From: an uncultured Eubacteriales bacterium
GTDB lineage: Bacteria > Bacillota > Clostridia > Christensenellales > CAG-138
Direction of reading: 5' to 3'
DNA length: 51,544 nt
Assembly (NCBI GenBank): GCA_900547135.1
Contig: URFJ01000002.1
Coordinates: 1 to 51,544 of the forward strand
The notes below the pieces were generated by a model, which was not told where the DNA came from, searched no databases, and was given only the letters and a program-made list of their open reading frames with translations. Of the stretch, positions 1-9,874 are shown piece by piece (position 1 is the first letter of the stretch; each line of letters opens with the position of its first letter). The translations under genes were made by a program, and so were the position numbers.

Positions 1-105
1 CAAGGTGCGCTTTGCTGTCTCTCTGACAGCCCGTTTAGTCTACCAAATCTATTTTTACTTGTCAACTCCTTTTTTGCACAATTTTGATATATTTCGAGCG
101 GTTCT

Positions 106-3100
106 TTAACTATGTTGTTTTTTAGCCTTATTTATATACTCCTGAATCTGGCTGTCACTGAGACTAAAATAGCTTTTAAGCTGGCTTATGGCCTTTTCAC
201 GCCTATTCATGATAAAGTATCTCACAGCCTCCACCTTTGAATCCCACAAATCCATTGACCGCGGTGAGTACCACCGCTTAATATGCCTTTCCATTTCAGG
301 TTCAAGCTCTTTTACATAATCGTTAAGAATCGTCATCATCCTTTCGGGCGTCAATACATTATACATAACATATATGTAACGCTCTACAAAAAACTCTCTC
401 CACTTCTCATTCTTTTCTAATCCTACGTATAACCTCATGTCTGTCAACGAACCGTTTGCAGAAGGCACTCCCACGGGGTTGAAGTAATCATAGAGTAGAT
501 TTTGAGAGCCGCTCAAGCCAAAGTCAAGATCATAAAATACCGGCCTCCATTTTACGCTGTAATCATGCGACCTCCAGTATTTTTGATTGAACATATCTCC
601 GTTGCAGAAGTAAACCTGCGCTATTAAGTAATCGGTAAAGTAATCAACATCAACCCATTCCAGATATTGATCAAACAACTCATCATTTGATAAGTTCCGG
701 CTGCTTGCAAAATCCCTAACCCTCTTTATATCCGCGCTGCTCCCCTTTAAGGCGCCGGTATTCCTGCGTATTATATCCACTTCGTCTGGGTTCACGCCAT
801 AGTGAGCCGCGAGAAAATCCGCGTTTTGATCTTCATTCAGGTCGTATATCCCCCAATATTTTCCGTTTATATAAGCAACAACCGGCCTTGTTGCACAATT
901 ATCTATATTTAGGCCTTCCACCATTCTCATGCAAACGGCGTCGCGTACACGTGCGCCATCCCTGTCCTGGCCGGAGTTCCTTAAAACAAGGTTTTGAAAC
1001 GATTTAATCTCATATTCGCCAAAAAACGGATATGTAACCTCACGCCTACCGTAACCAGCCCTTAATTTTATGGCAAGCGACTTTTGGGGAGCGACAAGCG
1101 TACCCGATCCATTTGCTCGGACGCCGCATGGAAATTTAACCCCTAGGTCTCCATCAGGCTCATAATATTCAACGAAAGCGCCACGCTCCACCCTCTGGTC
1201 GCGGGTAGTAGCGGCATAGACCACCGAAAAGTCGGCTGGATCAAACGTAAGGCAAACCACAGGCAGTGTATGGGGTTCCTCAAAAAGATAGGTGGAGGTA
1301 GCAATTTCGCTGTCAAGGCGTCCATCTGATGTCGCTACCGCGCGTACAACCGCATTTTTATCTATTTGGATAGGTCCAGTGTATTGTCTTGACCGAGCTG
1401 TAGGCTCGGATCCGTCCAACGTATAGTATATGGTAGCGCCCGCCGTTCGGCATGAAATGGATAAATCAAAACCGGAGCTATGGTATAATTCGCGGTTTGA
1501 AAACATCGGCGCAGAGACATACCCCGAATATGCGGGAGAATCATTTGAATATCCTTTTGAAGCGGAGACAAAGAAAACCCTGTTATCGCTGCCGGCCAGT
1601 CTTCCTGAAGTTACTCCGCTTCGCAATGCTCCGGTATTAAACACGTCATATACTACACCATTCGGGTCGCTCAGTATCAGCGTTTCACCGGATCCGGATA
1701 AGCTAAAGCCTATGTATGGCCTGCCTGACGGCCTTGTTGAATCCGATGCATATATTACAGCATACCCTCCCGCTTTAACGGTTAGTTCCGGCAGCGTATA
1801 TCCCAGCGGGTTGTCAATGTCATCTGAGAGATGCCATCCGGTAAGGTCTATATCACCCCCTCCCGCATTATGAAGCTCTATCCAGTCGTCTTGGTTGCTC
1901 TTTGGAGAGGCAACGCCGCACACCTCGCTTATATACAGGCCGTTCATATCCGTAAGGCGGACCATATCAGAGCTGTCAAAGCTGCGCGTATTGTTTTCTC
2001 CATTGGGCGTAGGCTGCGAATAATACACCTGCTTGCCAGAGGCGTCCCGTCCTATGGATACATTTTTCCCGATGTTTTGGGGCAATTCTATCGTGTCAAT
2101 GCGCATTCCGTCAATACAAAACAGGGTTAACACACTGTCACGCTCGGACAGTCCGAATGAAGCATGGAGTTCCCCGTCGCGCCTGTCCTTGCCCGACAGA
2201 TATACCACTAGATACTCATCAGGCTTCAGCTCTATATCCGGCAGGGCCCATTTGGTATGATTGCCGGCATTGTCCGAAAGATAGTACTTTCCTAAAAAAA
2301 CGCTGCTCTGGGAGGAATTGTACAGCTCAACCCACTCCGGCCTGTCACCGTCTGAATCTATTATACTATACTGATTTTTGGGCAGCACCTCGTTTATGCG
2401 TATCGGGTCCTTCTCTCCCATCGTGGTAACCTCAAGGCTGCTAAACACTTCGTGCGAGTTTTCCGCGCCAGGGGTAGCGTATACCGTATATCCGGAGCTT
2501 GTCACGGCTACCCCGTCAAATATTCCCTCCTCCCAGGTCAGATACGAGCAAAGCTCGCCAACATTATTGGTTAAATAAACCCCGAACTCATCGCTCCCCA
2601 GCTTAAATGAAGTATGCAGCTGTCCATCCTTGCTGTCGCATCCGCTTATATAGATAACCGTGTATCCGCCTGGTTCAAGATTTACTGAAGGTATCCTCCA
2701 TTTGTCCAACCTGTTCTGATCGTCGCTTAGCATATATTCGCCCAGGTTTATTTCTTTATCCGTTGGGTTATGAAGTTCAAGCCATGGATAATAGCCTGCA
2801 TCGGATTCGTAGGAGGCATTGTTTACAGGCATAACCTCTGATATGACGAGGCCATTGCCGCCTCCAAACCCCACTACGTCGTTCATTGAGTCGAATATAC
2901 CGGAAGAATTATATTCACCTGGCGATGCCGCGCCGCAATAGCCATAGCTGCCGTCGTCCCTGCGCGCCCATGACATATCGGGTTTCAGGGCCGGAAGCTC
3001 CATTTGCTGTATTATATTGTAATTTTCATCCGTAAAGCATATTATCTCCCCCGCCCGGCTCAGGCCGAAGCCTGTGCATAACACGCCGTCGGGAAGCTCA

Positions 3101-3432
3101 CCGCTGTATTTTGAAAAAAATACAATCAAGTACTCGCCGACTCCAATGGTAACGTCGGGGAAGCGCCACTTGCCTGGATCCCTGATGTTGTCGCTTAATC
3201 CGTACCCGTTGATATTAATTGGTCTGCCCGTTGAGTTGTAGAACTCAACCCAGTCTGCGCTGCCGAGGTTTTCATCCACAAGGGTAAGCGAATTGGAGGA
3301 CATTGCCTCATTAATATAAATTCCGCCTTGGCCCGATCCCGTTTGCAAATACCCGCAGGCGGCACAGAAGGTAATAAGCATGGAAGCCATAGCGGCAAAT
3401 AACACTATTCTCTTATAAAACTCTTTATTCAT
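106..3432 (-). CDS. Secreted/lipid-anchored CotH-family (spore-coat kinase-like) protein with four N-terminal lamin-tail-domain (LTD) repeats
   Basis: 1108-aa ORF. N-terminal signal peptide with Cys-containing end (MNKEFYKRIVLFAAMASMLITFCAACG). Four repeats of the LTD pattern (I-NE..., DW[VI]EL[YH]N, L-G[YW]-LSD, W-[FIAL]P, PG-Y-V[IV]). A chitobiase/Fn3-associated-like block (GATIYYTLDGSEPT). The C-terminal half carries CotH-like blocks (INGKYWGIYDLNEDQN, KYWRSHDYSVKWRPVFYDLDF). Confidence 0.8.
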   Translation of the reverse strand: MNKEFYKRIVLFAAMASMLITFCAACGYLQTGSGQGGIYINEAMSSNSLTLVDENLGSADWVEFYNSTGRPININGYGLSDNIRDPGKWRFPDVTIGVGEYLIVFFSKYSGELPDGVLCTGFGLSRAGEIICFTDENYNIIQQMELPALKPDMSWARRDDGSYGYCGAASPGEYNSSGIFDSMNDVVGFGGGNGLVISEVMPVNNASYESDAGYYPWLELHNPTDKEINLGEYMLSDDQNRLDKWRIPSVNLEPGGYTVIYISGCDSKDGQLHTSFKLGSDEFGVYLTNNVGELCSYLTWEEGIFDGVAVTSSGYTVYATPGAENSHEVFSSLEVTTMGEKDPIRINEVLPKNQYSIIDSDGDRPEWVELYNSSQSSVFLGKYYLSDNAGNHTKWALPDIELKPDEYLVVYLSGKDRRDGELHASFGLSERDSVLTLFCIDGMRIDTIELPQNIGKNVSIGRDASGKQVYYSQPTPNGENNTRSFDSSDMVRLTDMNGLYISEVCGVASPKSNQDDWIELHNAGGGDIDLTGWHLSDDIDNPLGYTLPELTVKAGGYAVIYASDSTRPSGRPYIGFSLSGSGETLILSDPNGVVYDVFNTGALRSGVTSGRLAGSDNRVFFVSASKGYSNDSPAYSGYVSAPMFSNRELYHSSGFDLSISCRTAGATIYYTLDGSEPTARSRQYTGPIQIDKNAVVRAVATSDGRLDSEIATSTYLFEEPHTLPVVCLTFDPADFSVVYAATTRDQRVERGAFVEYYEPDGDLGVKFPCGVRANGSGTLVAPQKSLAIKLRAGYGRREVTYPFFGEYEIKSFQNLVLRNSGQDRDGARVRDAVCMRMVEGLNIDNCATRPVVAYINGKYWGIYDLNEDQNADFLAAHYGVNPDEVDIIRRNTGALKGSSADIKRVRDFASSRNLSNDELFDQYLEWVDVDYFTDYLIAQVYFCNGDMFNQKYWRSHDYSVKWRPVFYDLDFGLSGSQNLLYDYFNPVGVPSANGSLTDMRLYVGLEKNEKWREFFVERYIYVMYNVLTPERMMTILNDYVKELEPEMERHIKRWYSPRSMDLWDSKVEAVRYFIMNRREKAISQLKSYFSLSDSQIQEYINKAKKQHS

Positions 3433-3438
3433 GGTTGG

Positions 3439-3447
3439 ATTATAACA
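3439..3447 (-). promoter_or_regulatory. Extended -10 element (TGTTATAAT) placed 6 nt upstream of the CotH ATG; possible leaderless transcript
   Basis: Minus strand reads TGT TATAAT CCAACC ATG. There is no Shine-Dalgarno between the hexamer and the start, and no good -35. Confidence 0.35.
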
Positions 3448-3683
3448 TATAGTAGATATCTGTAAAGGCTACAGTCAAATAAAAAATAATTGCCATCTAA
3501 AAGAAAGACTTTTTAGATTAAATAGAGCCATAATGGAGCTGTCATCTCATATTCATCAGAATAATTTATTTATAAAATATTACTAATCAAAATGAGCCAG
3601 TCAGCATACATTCCCTGTTTTCGCAGCGTGAATACTGATTCTGAGTATTCACCGGTTATCACGCCGCATAATTTTACACCCAT

Positions 3684-3713
3684 CTAAAATCCCGGCTTTC
3701 ATTCAGCCGGGAT
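3684..3713 (-). terminator. Putative intrinsic terminator downstream of mscL
   Basis: 9-bp stem ATCCCGGCT/AGCCGGGAT with a 7-nt loop, followed on the minus strand by TTTAGAT. It lies about 190 nt past the mscL stop. Confidence 0.4.
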
Positions 3714-3903
3714 CAAGACTTCTTCATATGTATAGGGACGTCCTGGTGTTCTTTATAAAAGCGGGCTTTATCTAAAAAACCAACCCTAAAAACTGTACCG
3801 TATCCCGTTTAATCATTTATTCAGTCGGAGTATCAATTAAAGCGTCCGCAATTCCTCCGCTTTGGCTTTGCAACTGCGTATGCCGCCTTATTCTATCGCC
3901 CTG

Positions 3904-4335
3904 TTACTGCTCCTTGCCCTTTTGTAATAAGTCCCTGATTTCCCTAAGCAAAATGACATCCTCGGAGGGTTCAACAGGAACGACGACCGTTTCCGTCTCG
4001 TCCTGCTTCTTTTTACGGAAACGGTTTATCGCCTTAATTACCATAAATATCACAAGAGCAATAAGCAGGAAATTGACAACGCTCTGAATAAAGTTGCCGT
4101 AGTAGATAGCAGCTTCCGCAATATCACCGCTTGCCGGGGTAATGACATATTTAAGGTTGGTAAAGTCAATCCCGCCAAAAACGCTGCCAATAACGGGCAT
4201 GACAATATCGTTGACCAGGGAAGTAACGATTGCTGTAAAGGCGCTACCGATGATAACGCCAACGGCAAGGTCTATGACGCTGCCGCGGGAAATAAACTTT
4301 TTAAACTCGGCAATAAAGCCCTTTGCTTTTTTCAT
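3904..4335 (-). CDS. mscL: Large-conductance mechanosensitive channel MscL
   Basis: 143 aa. Hallmark N-terminus (FKKFISRGSVIDLAVGVIIGSAF...IVMPVIG), two TM helices and a charged C-terminal tail. Confidence 0.92.
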   Translation of the reverse strand: MKKAKGFIAEFKKFISRGSVIDLAVGVIIGSAFTAIVTSLVNDIVMPVIGSVFGGIDFTNLKYVITPASGDIAEAAIYYGNFIQSVVNFLLIALVIFMVIKAINRFRKKKQDETETVVVPVEPSEDVILLREIRDLLQKGKEQ

Positions 4336-4449
4336 TCCGCACCCCTTTATTTTTATTCCAATTCTCGCTCTATATAAGCGCTTGCCAGCTTTGAAATCAC
4401 GTCTTTATCGCCAGAATTGAAACGAGCCTAATTCCCGCTTCTTCTCTAG

Positions 4450-5685
4450 TCAATAAAGCGGATGCTGCTCGCAAAGAGCCAAAACACCCTTTTTAACCTC
4501 TTCAACAGCATCCTCGCCGCCCTCGACAATGCGCGCTATGAACGACGCGATAAGCAGCATGTCGGATTCGTTGAACCCGCGCGATGTAACCGCAGGTGTG
4601 CCTATGCGTATGCCGCTTGTGACGAACGGGCTTCTTGTTTCAAACGGGATGGTGTTTTTATTTACGGTGATGTTGGCGCGGTCGAGCAACGCCTCAACCT
4701 CTTTTCCTGTTCTTCCCGTTGACGTTAGGTCTACGAGCATAAGATGGTTATCAGTTCCGCCAGAAACTATTCTCATGCCGTTGGCCTGGAGCGCCTGGGC
4801 GAGCGCGGCTGCGTTTTTAATTACCTGTTTTTGATATTCTTTAAATGAGGGCTGAAGCGCCTCGTGGAAACAGACCGCCTTTGCCGCAATGATGTGCATG
4901 AGCGGCCCCCCCTGAGTGCCGGGGAAAACGCCCTTATCAATGGCCTTTGCGTGCTCGGCTTTGCACAGTATTAATCCTCCCCTTGGGCCACGGAGTGTCT
5001 TATGCGTTGTCGATGTTACTACATCGGCGTACGGTACGGGATTCATATGCTCTCCGGCGGCTACAAGGCCTGCTATATGCGCCATGTCAACCATAAAGTA
5101 TGCTCCAACCTCGTGAGCAATTTCACAAATGCGTTCAAAATTAATGGCTCTTGAGTATGCGCTGGCTCCCGCGACAATCATCCTGGGTTTGCACTCCATC
5201 GCGATTTCGCGCATCTTATCATAGTCAATCTGCTCAGTTTCCTTGCTTACTCCGTACGGAACTATCTTAAAGTATTTGCCCGACATGTTGACAGGGCTTC
5301 CATGCGTGAGATGCCCGCCGTGGGAAAGATCCATTCCCATAACGGTATCTCCATAGTTTAGTAGAGAAAAGTATACCGCAAGATTCGCCTGAGCGCCTGA
5401 ATGAGGCTGCACGTTGGCATGCTCGGCGCCGAAAAGCTCCTTAAGCCGGTTCCTTGCTAGGTCCTCAACCTTATCAACCATCTCGCAACCGCCGTAATAG
5501 CGCTTGCCGGGATAACCCTCGGCATATTTATTTGTAAGGTGGCTGCCCATAGCAGCCATTACGGCTTCTGATACGAAGTTTTCTGAAGCAATAAGCTCCA
5601 AATGGTCGCGCTGACGGCGCAGCTCGCCCTCCATCATATCCGCCAATATCGGATCGGCGGCGCGGATTAAATCGAACTGTATCAT
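4450..5685 (-). CDS. glyA: Serine hydroxymethyltransferase
   Basis: 411 aa. Conserved blocks [21 protein letters not shown], and [14 protein letters not shown] (PLP-lysine motif). Confidence 0.96.
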   Translation of the reverse strand: MIQFDLIRAADPILADMMEGELRRQRDHLELIASENFVSEAVMAAMGSHLTNKYAEGYPGKRYYGGCEMVDKVEDLARNRLKELFGAEHANVQPHSGAQANLAVYFSLLNYGDTVMGMDLSHGGHLTHGSPVNMSGKYFKIVPYGVSKETEQIDYDKMREIAMECKPRMIVAGASAYSRAINFERICEIAHEVGAYFMVDMAHIAGLVAAGEHMNPVPYADVVTSTTHKTLRGPRGGLILCKAEHAKAIDKGVFPGTQGGPLMHIIAAKAVCFHEALQPSFKEYQKQVIKNAAALAQALQANGMRIVSGGTDNHLMLVDLTSTGRTGKEVEALLDRANITVNKNTIPFETRSPFVTSGIRIGTPAVTSRGFNESDMLLIASFIARIVEGGEDAVEEVKKGVLALCEQHPLY

Positions 5686-5798
5686 TTCAATATTTCCTCC
5701 GGAGATTTTTTCGTTTACATTATAATATCAATGGATAAAAATAGTCAATCGTATTTTGCAAAACCACGCCGTGCTTATATTAAGTCATTCGAATAGCA

Positions 5799-7793
5799 TC
5801 ATTTTATTTCCGACCCTTGCACCATCCTGTCGTGAAGGTGCTTTGCAATGCGCTGCTTTTCGGCGCTATTTTGATTTTTGCAATCATAAGTCACGCCGTC
5901 AAAAAACGTCATGGTCCTCAGCTTTTTGTTTATATACAACGGATAAAAGGTGGTGCATCGCCCTGTAGCCCTGTAATAATCCACACCTATTTGGGCAAAG
6001 CCGGTATAAAACTCGGCAGCGCCTTGCACAGGATACTTTTCGTTTTCTCCTGGCGCTTTGGACGGGTTTTCCGGAAACAGCAGCAGGTTATCCTCCTCCT
6101 TGAGGGCCTCCACGCTCATCCTTATGGTCATCAGCACGTCCTTTATTCCTCTGCGGTACACGGGTATCGGGTCTAATGAATTTGTCACATACACAACAGG
6201 CCTGGAAACTGCGGATAGAATCATTTTGCGCCAGGACGCGGGAAGAAATTTAAAAATCCTGTCTACGCCATCCTTAAGATGCTCCTTTACGCTGTCCATA
6301 TCCAATATTTCATACGTAATCCAGGGACGGAAGTAAAACGGCATGTAGAGCACCGTAAGCATAGGACCCAGTATCTCAAGATGATTGCATACGAATACAA
6401 CCGGCCCGTTCTTAGAATTTACTATATCCGCGTCCTTAACCTTGCATGGAATAAAAGATCGCAGAATCAGGCATAAAAGCCTGATCCCTATGCGCTTCGT
6501 GGTCTTGTTAAGCTTATAAAGCAGGTGATTTCTTACCTCGGGCTTTTCAACGCCGCCCGACGCTTCCTCACGGTATTTCTTCAGCCTAGCCGCATACTGC
6601 TTATCCAGCGGCTGCAGCATCGCGTATATCATGGCAATTATTACGAACACAACGGGCAGCAGCAGAAACGCCAGATTGAATATCCCCTTTACGCCTATCA
6701 TGGCCTCAACATCGTCAATCTTGCCCTGAATAGCAAATGCTGAAACCGTCATCATGACAACAAGCAGAAGATATGAAAGCAAAACCGACCACTCAACCAT
6801 GATATAGGTGTTTCTTCTGTATGCAGCGCTTTCGCTTTCATCCATTGTAAAGGCGACAACCGTCTGCATATCCTGGCCTAGACTAACAAGCACGCATAGC
6901 ATGCATCCAAGCCCCGCACACCACAGTATGTATGGTATAGCGTTCGGTGCGAACCATCCGTTATAATAGCCGACTGACCCCAAACACCAAAGAAGGGCTC
7001 CTACTATGAACACCGATGGCTTATCATATTTTGATCCCATACGCCTGCTGAGGAACATCCATAACAGGAGCATCATGAATCCAAGTCCAGCCATCCATAG
7101 CAACAGAAAGAGGAAATCCTCTATGGGACTTCCTCCGGGCTGTAGATTTATATAGCAAATATAGCATACGATGCCTATATTTATGGCAATCATAAGGTTT
7201 TTCAGCATATAGTTGTATGTCCTGCAGGCGCTTATGTCCATTAACCTGTCCAGTCCCTTTATTGATTCGGGGGATGATACATCGCAAACCTCGATACATT
7301 GAATTAAGCCCCTTATCGCGTTTCCTAAAATTAGCATAACCATAAGATTGCCGCCGTCGCTTACGTTAAATAGAGCTATAAGGCAAACAGCTGCTGCGGA
7401 AAAACTTATATTTGCCAAAAATATCCATAACAGGGAACGCCTGGACGTTGACCTCGCCGCTATTAAATCAGTAACCGATTGCCAGGCCACCATATAAAAA
7501 ATCATGCCAAGCAGTACAATAGACAGCCTATTCCTTGCTACGGCAGGGTACACAAATAAAATCACTATATTCAAAAGCGCCGTTGATATCAGGATAAAAA
7601 CACCCTGCTTTGCCATAAACCCAGGTATGGAGGCACTCCGTGAAAACAGTCTGAGATAGATCAGCCAAATTAGGCCAAGCAGATACAGCGCCCCTCCAAT
7701 CATAGCGTTGTTTATAAGCGCTCCTGACATATACATTGCAATATATATGAAAAAGGCATCCAGCACCTTTTTCACTATAATCCTTAGCCTCAT
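5799..7793 (-). CDS. Polytopic membrane protein fused to a C-terminal PlsC/LPLAT-like acyltransferase domain
   Basis: 664 aa with about 10-12 hydrophobic helices in aa 1-400. The C-terminal ~220 aa has acyltransferase-like blocks: VFVCNHLEILGP (motif I position, but H-x4-G rather than H-x4-D) and LLLFPENPSK (FPEG-like block). Confidence 0.6.
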   Translation of the reverse strand: MRLRIIVKKVLDAFFIYIAMYMSGALINNAMIGGALYLLGLIWLIYLRLFSRSASIPGFMAKQGVFILISTALLNIVILFVYPAVARNRLSIVLLGMIFYMVAWQSVTDLIAARSTSRRSLLWIFLANISFSAAAVCLIALFNVSDGGNLMVMLILGNAIRGLIQCIEVCDVSSPESIKGLDRLMDISACRTYNYMLKNLMIAINIGIVCYICYINLQPGGSPIEDFLFLLLWMAGLGFMMLLLWMFLSRRMGSKYDKPSVFIVGALLWCLGSVGYYNGWFAPNAIPYILWCAGLGCMLCVLVSLGQDMQTVVAFTMDESESAAYRRNTYIMVEWSVLLSYLLLVVMMTVSAFAIQGKIDDVEAMIGVKGIFNLAFLLLPVVFVIIAMIYAMLQPLDKQYAARLKKYREEASGGVEKPEVRNHLLYKLNKTTKRIGIRLLCLILRSFIPCKVKDADIVNSKNGPVVFVCNHLEILGPMLTVLYMPFYFRPWITYEILDMDSVKEHLKDGVDRIFKFLPASWRKMILSAVSRPVVYVTNSLDPIPVYRRGIKDVLMTIRMSVEALKEEDNLLLFPENPSKAPGENEKYPVQGAAEFYTGFAQIGVDYYRATGRCTTFYPLYINKKLRTMTFFDGVTYDCKNQNSAEKQRIAKHLHDRMVQGSEIK

Positions 7794-7846
7794 ATGTTAC
7801 CCCCGCCCATATCTAACCGACTAATACATATATCGCCTGGTGTGGC

Positions 7847-8557
7847 CTAAGCGGGCTGCCCGCCTGGCGAGTTCTTTTCTCTGATCTGCTTGTGTTTAAC
7901 CGATATATACCCAAATATACACATAACCAGAGCCCCTACAGCATCCACTATCAAGTCTTCCATGGTGTCAGCCAAGGCCTCCCTTCCTACAAGCAGGGTA
8001 CCATCCTCCAATGCGTACTTTTGCATATTTAAAGCCGCCACACTGTCAACCGTGTATTCGTAGATTTCCCAAACCGCGCCAAAGGCTAGAGCAAAACAAA
8101 ACGCGAAAATCGCGATAAAAAACGGAGATAAATGCATATCAACGTTTTTATTGCTGTTAAGCAAAGACACAAGCGTAAATCCGAGCGAGCCAAGCATAGC
8201 CCCGCTGAAGGCATGCAGCAGAAGATCCCAGTATGGGATGATAAAATAAAAATCTTGAACCTCTCCTAAATATATGGCGCAAAACAAGAAGATAAAATAC
8301 AGAACAAACATGTAATTCGGTATGGTCAGAGAAAGCTTTTTCTGCAGGAGCGAAGGTATAAACATAACCACCATGCCAAGCGAGCACTGCAAAAGCATGA
8401 GTGAGTAATCGCTTTTAACCTTTTCGTATGGTTCGTCCGAAACCTCAGGCGCCATAATCATGCTCACCACCGCGTAGATTATGGACAAAATCAAGGAAAT
8501 AAACAATACCGTTCCAAAAATCAGTTTAAAATCAGGTTTCTTTTTTGCTTTAGTCAT
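7847..8557 (-). CDS. Integral membrane protein, function unknown
   Basis: 236-aa ORF with about 6 hydrophobic helices. It sits in a compact same-strand array with the flanking genes. I could not recognise a family with confidence. Confidence 0.6.
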   Translation of the reverse strand: MTKAKKKPDFKLIFGTVLFISLILSIIYAVVSMIMAPEVSDEPYEKVKSDYSLMLLQCSLGMVVMFIPSLLQKKLSLTIPNYMFVLYFIFLFCAIYLGEVQDFYFIIPYWDLLLHAFSGAMLGSLGFTLVSLLNSNKNVDMHLSPFFIAIFAFCFALAFGAVWEIYEYTVDSVAALNMQKYALEDGTLLVGREALADTMEDLIVDAVGALVMCIFGYISVKHKQIREKNSPGGQPA

Positions 8558-8572
8558 TCAATCACCGCTTAG

Positions 8573-9814
8573 TTATTTTGTTTTGGTTGTGGTTTTGTTT
8601 TCCGGTTGTCGCCTGCGGCGCTTGGGCGTTTCCTCCAAATGCCTATTTGTCTCTATTTTTTCGTATCTGGTTATTGCCATCTCTAAAATCTCACGCCAGG
8701 CAATCGGTATGGTATCGCGTGCATTCACGCCGAGCGCTCTGAGTCTTTCCTTATCGCCAAGGCTGGACTTTATAGTTTCATAAAGGCTTTCCGTCGTATC
8801 CTCGCAGAGCAGTCCGTTTTCCCCATCGGATATTGCCTCCGCAGCACTGCTGCCTCTGACGATTATTGAAGGTGTTTCCATTGCGGCGGCCTCCCTGACA
8901 ACCATCGGCGCATTGTCGTACAAAGACGGGAATACCAGCATTTCCGCCCTGCGGTACAGACCGTCAAGCAGAACCGTGTCTTCAATATGCCCGGTAAATA
9001 TAGTTATATCCGCTATATCCAGCTCCGTAGCTTTTTCCTCAATTTCGTTTCTGTTAGGACCCTGGCCTGCAAGCACTAGTCGGATATCAGCGCCGTCTTT
9101 TTTAAGCATCGCCGCCGCCTCAAGTATTCTTTTTATATTCTTTTTCCAATGCATCTGGCCAACGAAAAGAAGCACCGGACTTTCCGCAAGCCCAAAACGC
9201 TCTGCAGCCGTTTCTGCGGCGCTGTCGTCAATAGGCCTTATATCGGTACCATTCGGCATTACCTGTATTTCACCCTTAAACCCGTATCCCTTAAGCACCT
9301 CCGCGGATGAATGGCTAACCGACCACACCTCGTCGCAGTGGCTGTAAAACTCAACTATGTATTTTACCCCAAGGGTTGATATCACCTCGGATTTCGTGGT
9401 GTGGAACAGATCATCGTAGTACTTGGAATGAAATGTGCCTATTAGGGGCACACGCTGCTTTTTAGCAATGCGCAGCGCCTCATGGCCCGCTATAAATGGA
9501 GAGTGGCAATGAACAACGTCGAATTCTATTCCTGACATCCGTTTATGATAATGGCTGTCCATGATCGGAATACCAACCTTATACTGGGTAGATGTAACAA
9601 GCGGCATGCCCGCATATTCTATAAGCTCAAACGGGAATCCCCCTCTGTACCCGGTTTCACCAATAGGCGCTATCACATAGCATTCGTGACCTAAGGCAGC
9701 TATATTCACCGCGTAATTATATACAACGCGGCCTACCCCATCTACAATGGGCAGAAAGGTGTCCGTAAACTGACCGATGCGCAAAGAGCTTCCCCCTTTT
9801 ATGTCCTTTAACAT
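8573..9814 (-). CDS. GT4-family glycosyltransferase (probably membrane glycolipid synthesis)
   Basis: 413 aa. N-terminal GT4 pattern (IGQFTDTFLPIVDGVGRVV) and C-terminal retaining GT-B block (LVFPSLYDNAPMVVREAAAMETPSI). An alternative TTG start at 9784 follows a GGGGGA Shine-Dalgarno. Confidence 0.8.
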   Translation of the reverse strand: MLKDIKGGSSLRIGQFTDTFLPIVDGVGRVVYNYAVNIAALGHECYVIAPIGETGYRGGFPFELIEYAGMPLVTSTQYKVGIPIMDSHYHKRMSGIEFDVVHCHSPFIAGHEALRIAKKQRVPLIGTFHSKYYDDLFHTTKSEVISTLGVKYIVEFYSHCDEVWSVSHSSAEVLKGYGFKGEIQVMPNGTDIRPIDDSAAETAAERFGLAESPVLLFVGQMHWKKNIKRILEAAAMLKKDGADIRLVLAGQGPNRNEIEEKATELDIADITIFTGHIEDTVLLDGLYRRAEMLVFPSLYDNAPMVVREAAAMETPSIIVRGSSAAEAISDGENGLLCEDTTESLYETIKSSLGDKERLRALGVNARDTIPIAWREILEMAITRYEKIETNRHLEETPKRRRRQPENKTTTKTK

Positions 9815-9874
9815 CTATATTATCCATCTTACCGTTGTTTTTATAAAATGTAAAGTTTATCCTTAACACTAATT

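Noticed and set aside
1143-3398. Many 60-150-aa ORFs on both strands inside the CotH gene (e.g. 1430..1873, 1831..2130, 2157..2429, 3195..3398).
   Set aside because: They are entirely nested in or antisense to a 1108-aa ORF with clear domain structure. Their translations are low-complexity with no start context. They are shadow ORFs.
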